Positions 11,249 through 25,249 of a DNA stretch of 64,000 nt are shown one piece after another. The stretch lies in contig NC_042999.1 of the NCBI RefSeq assembly GCF_006345805.1, positions 146,630,001 through 146,694,000 on the forward strand. The letters are read 5' to 3'. Numbering within the stretch: position 1 is the first letter of the stretch; every line of letters starts with the position of its first letter. Under the pieces are notes generated by a model. It did not search any database. It was not told the DNA's origin and saw only the letters and a program-made list of their open reading frames with translations. The translations under genes and the position numbers were made by a program. The DNA comes from Octopus sinensis. Its lineage: Eukaryota.

Positions 11249-11316
11249 TTGTATACATTTATATATATATACCACACATACCCGCGCGTAGCGTAGAGTG
11301 GGTCACTTTCAGCTAG
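9483..11316 (+). mobile_element. Internally deleted Helitron with both termini
   Basis: 5' A|TCTCTATATATAAAA; 3' GC-rich hairpin ACCCGCGC...GTGGGT followed by CTAG|T at 11313-11316. Confidence 0.85.
10270..11055 (+). pseudogene. Helitron RepHel fragment (region between Rep and helicase)
   Basis: VDNAWIVPFNPLLSKTFNAHINVEYC, INKGDDMA, DEIKQF..GRFISS..AAWRIF, IGRVYNIHP and LRMLLHVVTGPKSFADLRTVDG...ACLRRGLL occur across three overlapping ORFs. Confidence 0.93.
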
Positions 11317-11351
11317 TCTTATATCTATATATCTATAATATATATATATAG

Positions 11352-11421
<70 letters not shown>

Positions 11422-11476
11422 TATATATATATATATATATCATATATATATATATATATATAATATATATACACAT

Positions 11477-11717
11477 AGGCGCAGGAGTGGCTGTGTGGTA
11501 GCCGCTTGCTACCCAACCACATGGTTCCGGGTTCAGTCCCACTTCGTGGCATCTTGGGCAAGTGTTCTGCTATGGCCCCGGCCGACAAATGCTTTGTGAG
11601 TGGATTTGGTAGACGGAAATGAAAGAAGCCTGTCGTATATAGTATATATGTATGTGTGTGTTTGTCCCCCTAGCATTGTTTGACAAACCGATGGCTGGTG
11701 GGTTTACGTCCCCGTCA
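11477..11717 (+). mobile_element. tRNA-derived SINE (second family), truncated by the assembly gap
   Basis: A-box-like TGGCTGTGTGGTAG, B-box-like GGTTCAGTCCC and body TTGTGAGTGGATTTGGTAGACGGAAA; homologous to 39264-39720. Confidence 0.85.
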
Positions 11718-11817
11718 NNNNNNNNNNNNNNNNNNNNNNNNNNNNNNNNNNNNNNNNNNNNNNNNNNNNNNNNNNNNNNNNNNNNNNNNNNNNNNNNNNN
11801 NNNNNNNNNNNNNNNNN
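11718..11817. other. Assembly gap (100 N)
   Basis: Run of N. Confidence 0.99.
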
Positions 11818-14029
11818 ATACAAACGATATGCGGCCCATGTAGCATGATAGTATTCAAGGGTAATACAACACTTCACAAATATCTCCTTCGAGTAAAACC
11901 ACCATTAGAAAAGAATATGACCAAAAATTGCGTGTACCCCATACAAAGGCAAAATATGCCGCCCCCTCAAAATAAGGGTAGATGAACATCGCAAAGCTGT
12001 GACACGAGGAGATATTGATAAATCGGGTACAGCTGATCATGTATGGACAAATGGAGACCATTTTAATTAATCTTTTGATTACAGACTGAGGGTACTATCG
12101 TCGATGGTAAAAAATAATCTACTGTAACTTAATGTATTTATCATATTCGTTATACATATACACGTACATACATACTGATATATGCAACAAAATACTAATA
12201 TTTATGTATTTCATTTTATTTTGCTTTACATATATTTATTATAAACACTAATACACACAAACACTGACTCAAGCACAAAAATAAATGCTATAAGATGCAT
12301 TTTGACTGCGTTATAAATTTCCTCTGACGGTTTCTTCTGCTACTGGTTGAATAAGACGTCGGACGAAACTTATGGTCGTAAAACAGATCTTCTTATAAAT
12401 TTGTCACTACTTTCACTACTAAGTCTCCCTATCAGTAAATATTTCGTTGTTATGATTAAATTTGCTTCAAAATAATAATCATAATCTAAGACACCCACAC
12501 ATCCACACACACAGGCACACACACACATAAACTCGCACATAAACACACATAGACACATACACTCATATGATGTAATTTTCTGCAATAAAGCTACTCTTCG
12601 ACGGCCTGTCATTTGAGGCTGTAAAATCAGTTAAGAAACGATATCTCTAGTTCCTGTGATGAAATTTCTGATATGAATTACTTTTGAATAAATCAATAGC
12701 ATTTTAGAGAGTGTATAGCTCAATAGACAGTAATGATAACAGCAATTTACATTGTAAGAAATCTTTATGGTCTCTTAAACTAATATAGTGGATTAATATG
12801 AATAAAGTAAAATAAAAAATGAAAAAGAAATATTTACTGGTTCGATCATCATTACGTTGCATTAATATTTCTTTTTCTTCTAACTTCCATAATATCCAAA
12901 TATCTGTCTGACATGTCAACACAAAATTCCTCATTTCACCCTATTTCTTCCTGATTGTTTTCTACAGCGTAAGTCAACTTTATATTGTTTATCTTATCTT
13001 TCTGAATATTTTTTTCCTTCCAATCCAATTTTCCTTATCTTTCATATTGCTTCTTCTTGTTCGTTCTTACTTCAATATTTCCATCATGTCTCCATAAAAC
13101 ATAAAACATTATTCATTAAACTCAATATAAAATATCAACGAGGGATAATGTACCGCTATGCTGCCATTAAAGTAAAAAGTAGAAATAAAAATAATAGATA
13201 AAAACTACTGATTTCTATCTTCCATTTGGACGAAATATGTTTCTATTGACTCCAGATAATTGGTTAAGAAAGTTTCTACAAATAGATAATTTTTTGATTT
13301 CTTCATTTTCACTCAAACAACCAAATTATTTTGTATTGTTCACAAAACTAAGTATTGTACAAGACTTGGATATATCTAGTCGTTATAATTATGTGGTCGG
13401 AAGAAGGCAATTTCTCATAAATATCACCGTAGGCTCTTTTCAATGGGAAACAGAGTTAGGTGATGTTTTTCCGGTTAAATTACCGTTTGAAAATTTGAAA
13501 TCAATAGCTGAGAAAAATCAAATATTAAGTGAATAAAAGTTTTATATAGAGCCCATTCCGGAGATAATGGATTTAGAAAGTGTTTCATGATGAATCTAAG
13601 GAATAAAACAGAACAAATCGAGATGAAGAGCGGAGATAAGATGATTACGCTTAAGTGAGCAAAAAAATCTTCTTTTAGCCTTAACACCTACCACTTTGCC
13701 TGGAGCATCGGGCAACATCATTGCTGTATCAAAGATGATAGCGTTGCATTATATCGCTCTACCTTGCTCAGCATAGGTTCGTGACAAACTATGTCAGATA
13801 TCAAACATTCGAGGTCGGGCTGGATACGAACATAGAATTACGAAGATGAGAAGGTAATCTCTAACTTTGGATAGGGGCCCATTCCCATTATATTCAGAGC
13901 CGTGTTCGGGGCTTGTTTAAAGCAGAGTGGTTACGACCTATAGTAATGATGAAGGGAATAACTACTCTGTAGCTAATTCTAATTCATTACCTATTGCAGA
14001 TTTACCGAAACAAGATCTCCAATGTTATC

Positions 14030-14030
<1 letters not shown>

Positions 14031-14118
<88 letters not shown>

Positions 14119-14119
14119 G
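14031..14119. repeat. (GATA)n/(GA)n microsatellite
   Basis: Direct reading. Confidence 0.95.
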
Positions 14120-14194
14120 TGTATATTTATTTTTGTGTATATACATGTGTATATATAAATGTATGCTTATACACATGTGTATGTATGTGTGTGT

Positions 14195-14280
14195 GTGTTT
14201 TGTGTTTGTCTTCCACCGGTTGACAAAAGGTGTTGGTTTGTTTGCGTCTCTGTTACTTAACTGTTCGGCAAAAGAGAACG
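14195..14280 (+). mobile_element. SINE 3' half fragment
   Basis: TTTGTC...TTGACAA...GGT.TGTTT.CGTC.CTGT.ACTTA...GTTCGGCAAAAGAGA, shared with the 32.3, 39.5 and 63.6 kb copies. Confidence 0.65.
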
Positions 14281-15382
14281 ACAAATATCAGACTAAAGAA
14301 AATTAAGTACTGAAGTTCATTTGTCCGGTTAAACATAATAACTCGGTACCAAAGCATGACTAAAGTCCAATGACTGATACGAAAAAAAAATAGAAAAGAT
14401 AAAATTAGAGCTAACCCAATGCTAGTTTCTTTCCTGACTTCAGCCACTGCATTGCGGTTTCCTCATGAAACATCTATTTTCAATTTAGAGGAACTATTAG
14501 ACATATTGAAGACATTTCTGGATATTGGAACGGATACTGTTTAGCGGAGACAATGCAACATTTTAGAAGCTGAATTCTTTCATGACAATGAATGGAATTT
14601 AAAGATTGCGCAGCAAGATCTTTGACATAGATATGACAAAGTAAACACTGGACACCGGTTACAGGACAAATGTATGAAAAGAAATAGTCATTGACAATCA
14701 CATATCGATACAGTCTTACACAAATATACATACGCACGCATATACGCAGACATATACACACACTCAGTTTCGAAATATTTGCGAACTGAAGTGCACAAAA
14801 GGGTTCCTGCTCTGAAATCTTGCTAGGTTCGGTGATGAAATCAGAGTTGCGGCCTCATATCACCCGTTACGTTTATAATCAGTTGACCTCTGGACTTTAC
14901 ACCCACTTTATTGTTTTGTTCTTCATATTGTCTTTAGGTGAGATGAAGAAATTTCAGTACCGTTATTGGTCCCAGTTGTTTTGTTTTGGCACAAAATGAA
15001 TAATACTGAGTTAATTTTTATATGATTCATATCTATGACCATCTGTCGATTGAATTGTGAAGCTATTTCAAATCCAATAAAACGATAAGTGTAAAAAGTA
15101 TGAAAGCCTCTAATGTCGATAAGCTTAAATGTCTTAAAGCTTTGTGGCATTTCAGAGTAAACAAAGAACATTCTAATCGGCTAGCTTACAGGAGAAATAT
15201 TCTGAACTTATTCTTAAAAAGTCTTGAATGATTTAGACTTTCATTCAATTAGTTTAAGTGTATATACTTTGACATATTTGATAGTATTCTGGCTATTTAA
15301 TAGTCCTTCTTCCTTCATTAGACCGTTAACGCCTGATATAGAGGACAAGAAAGAGCGAGTGGGAGAGAGGGAGAAAGAGAGC

Positions 15383-15477
15383 AGAAGAAGAAGAAGAAGA
15401 AGAAGAAGAAGAAGAAGAAGAAGAAGAAGAAGAAGAAGAAGAAGAAGAAGAAGAAGAAGAAGAAGAAGAAGAAGAAG
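15383..15477. repeat. (AGA)n trinucleotide tract, ~31 units
   Basis: Direct reading. Confidence 0.97.
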
Positions 15478-17287
15478 GGTGTTACCTTACCAACCTCAAA
15501 AGAATGAAAATTAATCTTCATCCACGAGATTTGATTTCAGATGTACGTTGACGAGTTGAATATGACGGGGTGTCTTAACCGGCGCTCTGCCAACTCGCAA
15601 TCAAAGCATAGCAGACTACGTTTTATTTCCCTGTTATTAAAATACTGATGAACCTCATTTATTAAGAAATTGCTATTCAACAGCTGCGTGGCGATGTGAA
15701 GAGGCATATTCAAAGCAAATAGTCGGCTGGGAGGTGATTGTTACCACTGGTCTAAAAGACTTCACCAAATGAACTGAGGAAACGGAACCTCACAACAATC
15801 AATTTTCCTCTTCTTGTTTGTAACACTGATTCTTCATGCGTAATTGAGAAATCAATTTTGATTTTAAATTATTGAACAGTTAGGAAATATGTGAATAATC
15901 GATTGAGGAATAAAAACATAAACAACAACAGTAAAACATCACGAATGAAAAGCAACAGTCAATACGACAACATCATTAAGTGCAAAAAAAAACAAAAAAA
16001 CAACAACAATGAAATCAACAGCGTCAACGCCAAACAACAAATACAACAATAACATTTCATAGAGATTCTGCTAGAATTAAAATCTAATTAAAAAAATAGT
16101 ATAATCATATTAAGAGATCAAATTGCCTTACTGAACTGTATTCTGAATTATGATTAGTTCAATAAAAATTCCAAGTTGTATCAGTAACTGTTTGATACAT
16201 GCAACCAACATTTACTCGTTTAAAAGAAATATAACAAAAAATGTTTTATTAAATGATCATATTCTTTACAGTTCAACACAAATATGAGTTAACGATGGCT
16301 CTTCTGCATGGTTGTTTCACCGGTGAAAAATAACAATAAAAATCTTCCTCAATTTGCATTTTACCCCATTGACGGCCAAATTTTTTAATTCATATTTTTG
16401 GCTTAGCCAGGTGTCTTAGGAGCTAAAATAATATACAGTATTTAACTTTGCTTCATATGCGAATTATTTTGGAAATTATGATAAATTTTCGAAAAGTCCC
16501 AAATGGGGATCGCTGAAAAAGAACATATTTACCCTTCTCTATTCAATTGCAATAACAAACATTTTAGTTTTTTTTTAAAACTATAGTATCAAATGTGAAT
16601 GTGTATGAAACATCAATGAAAGATATAGATGGGAAATGCAAAAAAAAAAAAAAACGCACCAAGAAAAACACTATTGATCGAATTATTTTTAAGAATGTGT
16701 TATATATGCAAATTGGCTTGTCCAGTTTAATTAAGTCTTTATTAACTGTGGCTTTATAAGAAGTATGTCCACGGACAGTTAATGATTACACGCAGTCGCT
16801 AATGAAATGCTAACGGACCATTAAAAATACTTCGATGAATTCTTTCTTATCTCTTCAGTAAGATCTAGCTAAAGATGAAGTACATGTGGCTATATATAAA
16901 GGTACTAACATTATATTTATATATATATTATAATGCTAGTACTCTAATTCTGATAGTGTTACAGAGGTGATATCACATAAAGTGAATTTTCGTCATTTTG
17001 AACTTGGCAGAGTCCACCTCTGGCATGTTCAAAATGTAAATAACCGAATTCTTAAGTGAGAGAGAAAGAGAAAAGAAAATGCATGATAGACTGATGGATA
17101 GATGGACATGCAGAAAAAAAGAAAGATATACTGCGCACTGTACCAATTCTACCATCCGACCTTCACACATACTTACATATAAATATACGTGTGCGCATGA
17201 GAGAGTGCGTACGTGTATGCAAATTTATATATAGTTATACATGCACACACACATGTGTGTGTGTATATATATATATATATGCATATA

Positions 17288-17338
<51 letters not shown>

Positions 17339-17639
17339 GTGTGTGTGTGTGTAATTGTATTTATGCAATTTATCATATGACGACGCATAATAGTTTCGCT
17401 GCATTAGACCAAATTGTAGAGAAATTTGAGTGTAAATCTCACGTCATAGTTAATTGCTTACTCGAAGAAATACATCTAAGGAAATCTTACTGAATAAATT
17501 ACATGCTTCTCTACTTATGTGTATGCCAACATTCACGTACACTTGCACCAAGCATTAAGAATAATGCGCTCTAATTAATAGGAAGGAATAAACATCAAAT
17601 TGAGTGTATATACACGTTTACTTGTGCATGTTCATATGT

Positions 17640-17965
17640 ATTAATATATATATGTTTATATATATATATATATGTATATATATTATATTAAAGTATATAT
17701 ATATGTATATATATATATATACATATATATACATATATATATACGTATATATGTATATATATATATAGATATGTGTGTATATATATGTGTGTGTAAATAT
17801 ATATGCATATATATGTATATATATATATATATACATATATATAGAGAGTATGTAAGTACATATATATACACACACATATGTATATATATGTATATATATA
17901 TGTATATATGTACATATATGTATATATGCATGTATAGCTATATATGTACAAATATACATTTATAT

Positions 17966-18010
<45 letters not shown>

Positions 18011-18040
18011 TACATAGTGTATGTTTGTATATGTTTATAA

Positions 18041-18083
<43 letters not shown>

Positions 18084-18125
18084 CACTCACATATATATAT
18101 ATGTGTATATATGTATATATACGCA
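17640..18125. repeat. Compound (TA)/(TG)/(CA) microsatellite field
   Basis: Direct reading; explains the YI-repeat ORFs. Confidence 0.95.
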
Positions 18126-18449
18126 CGTATGAATAAGGGACACTAGTGCAATATGGAAATGCAGTAATAAAATGCCCGTTAACCGAGCAGCAATCTTTTT
18201 ATCGATATATAATAGCTCAGAAGATTGCTCAGCGGATTACTTGACTCTATCACACGCAAACGCACGCACACACACATACACACACCTATACGTATGTATG
18301 TATGTATGTATGTATGTATGTATGTATGTATGTATGTTTGTATGCATATATATATATGTATACGCAAAGACGAGTATCTCTAATAGTTGGCCACAAAAAA
18401 TATGTAATCCAAGACGGTCAATGCTCACACCTATTCTAATGTACTATCA

Positions 18450-20420
18450 ATAATAAAGTTGAATACCAGCCATCTGTTACATCTTAGTAAGAGAAGTGAA
18501 ATTCTATACCTGAGAGATTTTGACATTTGCAAGCAAACAATACGCAATACAGTTTAGATGCGCATTATTCAAACAATATGACTGATGCAGAAATATACAT
18601 GTAAAAAGTATCTGTTTCGTATTGGCATAATAGTAAAAAGTTACTGTGGCCTTGACATATATATGATTATGCCACATCCTTCTATTGCCACAAAAGAACT
18701 CTGTGAAATGTTATTAGTGCATATGAAACGACGTGATTTAGTTATATAGAAATTATATCGTGTGCCAGGATGTTTCAAATAATGCCAGCACGTTTGAAGA
18801 TGGCAGAGAAAAAATGTGTAAAAGAAACTTGATCGACGTAATATACATGTCATGGGTGATTTCAACTTCAGATGAACCTAGAAACATACCCTCTCTGAAA
18901 TGTCACTGCAAGAACCAAGATCGAATGAACTTTTCTAAGCTTCACAAACATGCTGTCCGTGGAAGAACCTGTAAGTTATTCAGGGGTGATGATACCTAGA
19001 TCATTGCTTCAGAAATACATGGAATTCATTCTCAATGTGAAGATGTTATCTACGATTTTCTCTGAGAATAATGTAGTAGAACAAACAATGAAAAGCGCCT
19101 AGAAAACTGTAAAGACGCACTTTACGACAGGCGCTCGAAACCGAGGTATCTTGAATTTGAACTGAGAACGTAGCGGCAGACGAAATACCTATTTCTTTAC
19201 TACCCACAAGGGGCTAAACACAGAGAGGCCAAACAAGGACAGACAAACGGATTAAGTCGATTACATCGACTCCAGTTCGTAACTGGTACTTAATTTATCG
19301 ACCCCGAAAGGATGAAAGGCAAAGTCGACCTCGGCGGAATTTGAACTCAGAACGCAACGGCAGACGAAATACCGCTAAGCATTTTGCCGGATGTGCTAAC
19401 GTTTCTGACAGTTCGCCGCCTTCTGATTCCAAAATATTACTATAGAAAACAATGAGATGAAGCTGAAACAATTTATGTAAATAATTCTAGCTGCACGCAG
19501 CAAGTTTGTTTTAGAGAATAGGCCTGCATTTACTAGAATATGACACAAGAGGCAACAAAAATTTGAATAAACAAAGGACAAACTTCTTAAATCGTTCAAT
19601 TGACCAATTTATGGACAATCGAAACATATACATCAAAAAGAACCCTTTTACAAGTCGAAAATAAAACATTTGTAGAAGCAATCCAAAATCCTATCCTATA
19701 GGTAATGTTTCAAGGAAACGATTCAATGAATGCAAAACCCAAAGCATTAAGTGAAATATTCAAGAACAATTAATTTACTGATATGATGCATGGAAATAAA
19801 GAAGCCCGTTGAGTTTCTCAACGCTTCTACTGAAAGAGGTAATAAACGAACCATCGATTACATCGATGTAGAAGACACCTTAAATTCAGCGTTAAACCTT
19901 GATAATTACCTGACACTTCTCTGGAAAACATGAAATACTTCTGTTGCAAAAAGTGTTTAGATATTCTACAAAAATGTTCATGTAAATGGTAAGCTCACTA
20001 AAAAGTAGAAAGGAGGCAAAACGTTTTGTTTTTTCTGTAATGGAGGATTTAGAAAAAAGGATAAAAATTACAAGTCTGTGTCTATAACCTAACATATAAT
20101 TTAAGTCATATAACGAATTATATGAAGGCAACTGACTGCTTGCTAAGAGAAAATGACTTATTATCTGACACTTGGCAAGGCTTCTCCTGGTTAGACACTA
20201 CTTCACACACAACTTGAACGAGAATACAATGTTAGTGAACTGTTCAAATATAGATATCGTATGTCTGAAATTTGTGGTATTGTCGATGTTCAACAAACTT
20301 AACATGACACAAACCATGTTATTGTGGCATAGCAGAAAAGTAGGAGAGTCGGAGCATGATGTTTTAAGAGACATAAGTCAAACTATTCAGGCGAACAGAT
20401 AATGTGCAATAAGTATAAAT
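18450..20420 (+). pseudogene. Highly degraded CR1-like LINE ORF2 (APE + RT start), interrupted by a SINE
   Basis: Residual motifs LYRVP (~18755), IHVMGDFNF (~18843), KNYKSVSIT (~20065; cf. NYRPISLT), LRENDLLSDTWQGF (~20145) and IDIVCLKF..FNK (cf. VDVIYLDF.KAFDK) occur in the expected order. Confidence 0.7.
19150..19422 (-). mobile_element. tRNA-derived SINE with internal duplication
   Basis: Reverse complement of the 29630-30060 units; GAATTTGAACTCAGAACG (B-box on minus strand) occurs twice. Confidence 0.85.
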
Positions 20421-20843
20421 GGACCTCGGTTTCCGACTAAATTTTTCACGTGGCCAATGAAAGGCCAATGAAAGGAAACAAGCATTCCCTATATACGTAT
20501 ATTTTTAAGGACGTTTGGAGGAGGAATCAGTGAGAAATTTTATGACAAGGCCAGATGTTTGAAATATATGCGCAGTCTGTCCGGCTAGCTTTAATGCATT
20601 TTCTACGTGTCCAATTTACGCCATAATACATGCACCAAGCTGAAGTTATAATGGCAGTTACTTGACCTCAACGCCACACACTGGAAGCGGACGCTTAACT
20701 TTGTGATAGAGAAGATAACTCTTTAACAAATCGCCATGCTGTCACTCTCTTCATCTCCCTCTATCTGTCTGTCTGTCTGCTGTCACACTCTCTAATATAT
20801 ATTTGTATATATATATGTATATATATATATATTATATATATAT

Positions 20844-20875
<32 letters not shown>

Positions 20876-20978
20876 CATACATGTATCTATATGTATATTT
20901 ATCTATCTTCTTTTCTATCTCTCTATATATACGTATATATATATATATATATATATACAAACGTGTATATACATATAT

Positions 20979-21025
<47 letters not shown>

Positions 21026-21762
21026 ATGTATATACACACGCGTATGCGTATGCATGTATGTGAGTTTTCTATTCATGCTTATGTGTATTGGGTGTTCACT
21101 CGTTGAGTATATTATGACTGTCACTGATGGTTAGAAAATACAAAATATATTGCCAGCAATGGCTGTGAGAAATTTAAGTCAAGTCATTGACACCTTCTAC
21201 AACAACTAAGTAACATTGATCAGGAATACCAAGGCGACTACAGATATGTAGATGCATTATATACAGTTTTATCTCCTGTAGACATTTGTAGCGAAAATTT
21301 ATGGTTTTCTCACACCTAGTGGTGATTTACAAGGGTTACCAGAACCCAGCATGGAATTCTCAAGTTCATGCGTTAGCTGTAAACTACGAACTCCCATAAG
21401 TGATTCAAACTTCTAGAGCACTTACGAAAGGCACATACATATACTTTCTCCTTCTTTGTGTTCATATCCCGACACACATACGCACAAACACACACGGACA
21501 AACAAACATACACACACCCACACACCCACACACACACACACAAATATATGCATATTTTTGCTTATATACATATATATGCGTATTTATGAGAGTGTGTGTG
21601 TACGTGCAAGTCTTTCAGTATCAGTATGTCATGCGTGATTGTGTATGGAAATTTGCAGATTTGCTTCCATTAGTATGCAGATATTATGAAATGCTTACGT
21701 AAATGTATTTAAATTGCATAATATTTATGCGCACATACGCATTTCTAATCTGATATAACTGA

Positions 21763-21940
<178 letters not shown>

Positions 21941-21973
21941 TACATACATGCCTATATATTTATATACATATAC

Positions 21974-22045
<72 letters not shown>

Positions 22046-22225
22046 GTGTGTGGGTACGTATACATGTGTGTGTCTGTGTATTCATGTATATTATGAGTAC
22101 ATGCAAGAGTGAGTACATCTGTTGTTATTTCTCCTTCTTCTTTTTCTTCTTCTTCCTCTTCCCTCTCCTTCTCCTCCTCCTTTTCTTCTCATTATTATCA
22201 TTGTACATACACATATATTATATAC

Positions 22226-22301
<76 letters not shown>

Positions 22302-22982
22302 GCGTGTGTATATACATATATATATATATATATATACATACACATCTATATATGCATACACACACATATATGTATGTATATATGTTTGTATAATTGTTAT
22401 GCTATGTGCCACATTTAAAGCTCGCAAATATGAACGTATATATGTATATGTATATACTGCATACAACACACATGCATATATTCATATATGCGAACATAAA
22501 TTTATGCTTCCCATTTCCATTTCTTGCAAATGACAGTTATACCAATCGACTAAAGAAATAAAAGCATCCAAGAATTGAGATGGAAACAGCAATCGATTCA
22601 CCATATATTCTTGGACTTCATAAAAATTCACTACATTATACGACAAATTCCGACATCAAAACATTTAAGACATAATCCTGGTTACATATTTTTGCTTTGT
22701 TTTTTTCTTTCTTAGCAAATCTCTCATGTGTCCAAATTGCTACAAGAATTGTATTAAAATGAATATAAATAACATAGAATATTTAAGAGAGAGAGACTAG
22801 AAGTGATTTTCATGTTTGGAAGCAGTTTACAAAACATAAAATACGTGAGTGAGTGCAGTTACTTAATCCGTTTTTGTCGCTTCTGTATTACTAAAGACTT
22901 TGGTGAATTAACTGAAGTAGATTCCTCTCAGATCTCTCCAGACAGTCACCTGGTGGTATATTGAATCAGAATTTCAGCCAGC

Positions 22983-23059
22983 ATATTTACTGATGGAATA
23001 AGTTTTGAATTAATAACTTGGTATGTTAATGACCTTTTTGTTGTTGTTCATGTTGTTGC

Positions 23060-23130
<71 letters not shown>

Positions 23131-23327
23131 ATTATTATTAAAAGCAAAAATAGAAGAGTGCCATTGTTATCAAGTGAACGATATTTCGACATCCCGTGGG
23201 TCTTCCACAGGTTCAGAAAATAAACTTGTCAATCTACTTCATTTTGGTTAATATTTACTGATGGAATAAGTTTTGAATTAATAACTTGATATGTTAATGA
23301 CCTTTTTGTTGTTGTTCATGTTGTTGC

Positions 23328-23393
<66 letters not shown>

Positions 23394-23518
23394 CATTATT
23401 AAAATCAAAAATAGAAGAGTGCCATTGTTATCAAGTGAACGATATTTCGACATCCCGTGGGTCTTCCACAGGTTCAGGAAATAAACTTGTCAATCTACTT
23501 AATTTTGGTTAATATTTA
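22983..23518. repeat. Tandem duplication, period ~268 bp, each unit containing (TTA)n; partial third copy at 23556-23589
   Basis: ATATTTACTGATGGAATAAG starts at 22983 and 23251; units are near-identical except for repeat length. Confidence 0.93.
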
Positions 23519-23589
23519 TAGGATTGAGGTAACTCCTCCAGAAGATATTGAAGCCAAAATAAAAGAGTGTCATTGTTACCAAGTGAACG

Positions 23590-24115
23590 GAGCTGGCAGA
23601 ATCGTTAGCACGCCGGGCGAAATATTTAGCGGTACTGTTGCTAGGTTCTGAGTTCAAATTCTGCCGAGGTCCACTCTTCATTTCATCCTGTCGGGGTGGA
23701 TAAATTAAGTACCAGTTGAGTACTGAGTCGATGTAATCGACTATAGCCCTCCCCCAAATCTCAGGCCTTGTGCTTATAGTAGAAAGGATTATTATTACCA
23801 TATAAGGCAGTGAGCTGGCAGAATCGTTAGCACGCTGGGCGAAATGGTTAGTGGTATTTTGTCTGCCGCTACGTTCTGAGTTCAAATTCCACCGAGGTCG
23901 ACTTTGCTTTCAAACTTTCGGAGTCGATCAAATAAGTACAAGTGAAATACCGTAGCCAATGTAATCGACTAGTCCCCTCCCCGCAAGTTTGAGTACTTGT
24001 ATCCCCAGTAGAAAGGATTATTATTATTGCTACATAAGGCGGCGAGCTGGCAGAATCGTTAGCAGGCTGGACGAAATGATTAGCGGCATTCTGAGTTCAA
24101 ATTCCGCTGAGCTTG
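23590..24115 (+). mobile_element. Three head-to-tail SINE copies (third truncated)
   Basis: Repeated GAGCTGGCAGAATCGTTAGCA...TTCTGAGTTCAAATTC...AGTAGAAAGGATTATTATTA. Confidence 0.88.
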
Positions 24116-24404
24116 AATATTAGGTTTACGAGTTATAAGGGGAAAAGCTGCAAATGTAGAAGACTATTGCGCCTCGGTGATTAGCATAGAAAGAAGCAGA
24201 TTGGATCACAATGAACACCCTATGATAATTCCTGTATAAATATCTCATCATAACGGTGAAGTACATACGAGGAACATACTACTGAGACGGGTACGTCAGT
24301 CTTCAGTTTTACATACTGTCAAAATCGATATCAGATCAGGTATCAAACACTTATGAAATCAGGATGACAATAGCTTTACTCACGATTTTATATTCATTTC
24401 AAAT

Positions 24405-24610
24405 TCTGGCATAAGGCCAGAAACTTAGCAGGAAGGACTGAGTCAACTAAATCGGACCCAGTGCCCAACTGGTACTTAATTTATCGAACCCAAAAGGATC
24501 AAACGCAAAGTTGACCTATGTGGAATTTGAACTCAGAATGTAAAGACGGACGAAATGCCGCAAAGAATTTGGCCCGGTATGCTAACGATTTTGTCGGTTC
24601 GCCGTCTTAA
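24405..24610 (-). mobile_element. SINE copy
   Basis: Reverse complement of the 23.8 kb unit. Confidence 0.82.
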
Positions 24611-25249
24611 ACACACAATATTATATTAATAGCTGGGTGAAAAAAGTCGGAATTAATGAGAATAAAATGCTGGTTATCTCATCAGCCTGTCACCTCAGTG
24701 TGCTGACCGATTACATTAATATAATTAGATGTCTGAAGAGTAAGAATAAACAGAAACAACAGGTAAGTGATATTGTGTATGGCACTAATGGTATGTGATT
24801 ATTACTGCTGTTAATCGTATTTATGCAATGTAAACAGATTACTAAATAAGATGGACTGAATATGCGAGATTGAGGTAAGATGCGTATAACATTATACAAA
24901 CATTCATAAAGAACATGATTTTCTATGTGATGAACATAGCAGTTTTGAACTCGAGAGTGTATAAAAGAGAAAGAGAGAGAGAGAGAAGGAGAAAGGGAGG
25001 GAGAGAGAGTGGCAGAGAGAAGAAAATGAAGTAACAAAAATAATAAATTTAGGAGGTCAGAAAGCGAGGGGGACCATGAGCAATGAAACACAGTGGTAGC
25101 AGTAAGAGGATACCTAAACAGATATATGAATAGACTGCTTGATGAGATGTACGAAGAGATAATATTAAGGAGGAAAAAGAGAAGAAAAACTGAAAAACAA
25201 GTAAAGAGAGAGATCGATTAATTCGGAGATATATACACACGAAGAAGTA

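Noticed and set aside
12320-12390. CTGACG...GACGAAAC as a possible hammerhead
   Set aside because: No CUGAnGA box with pairing stems I and II.
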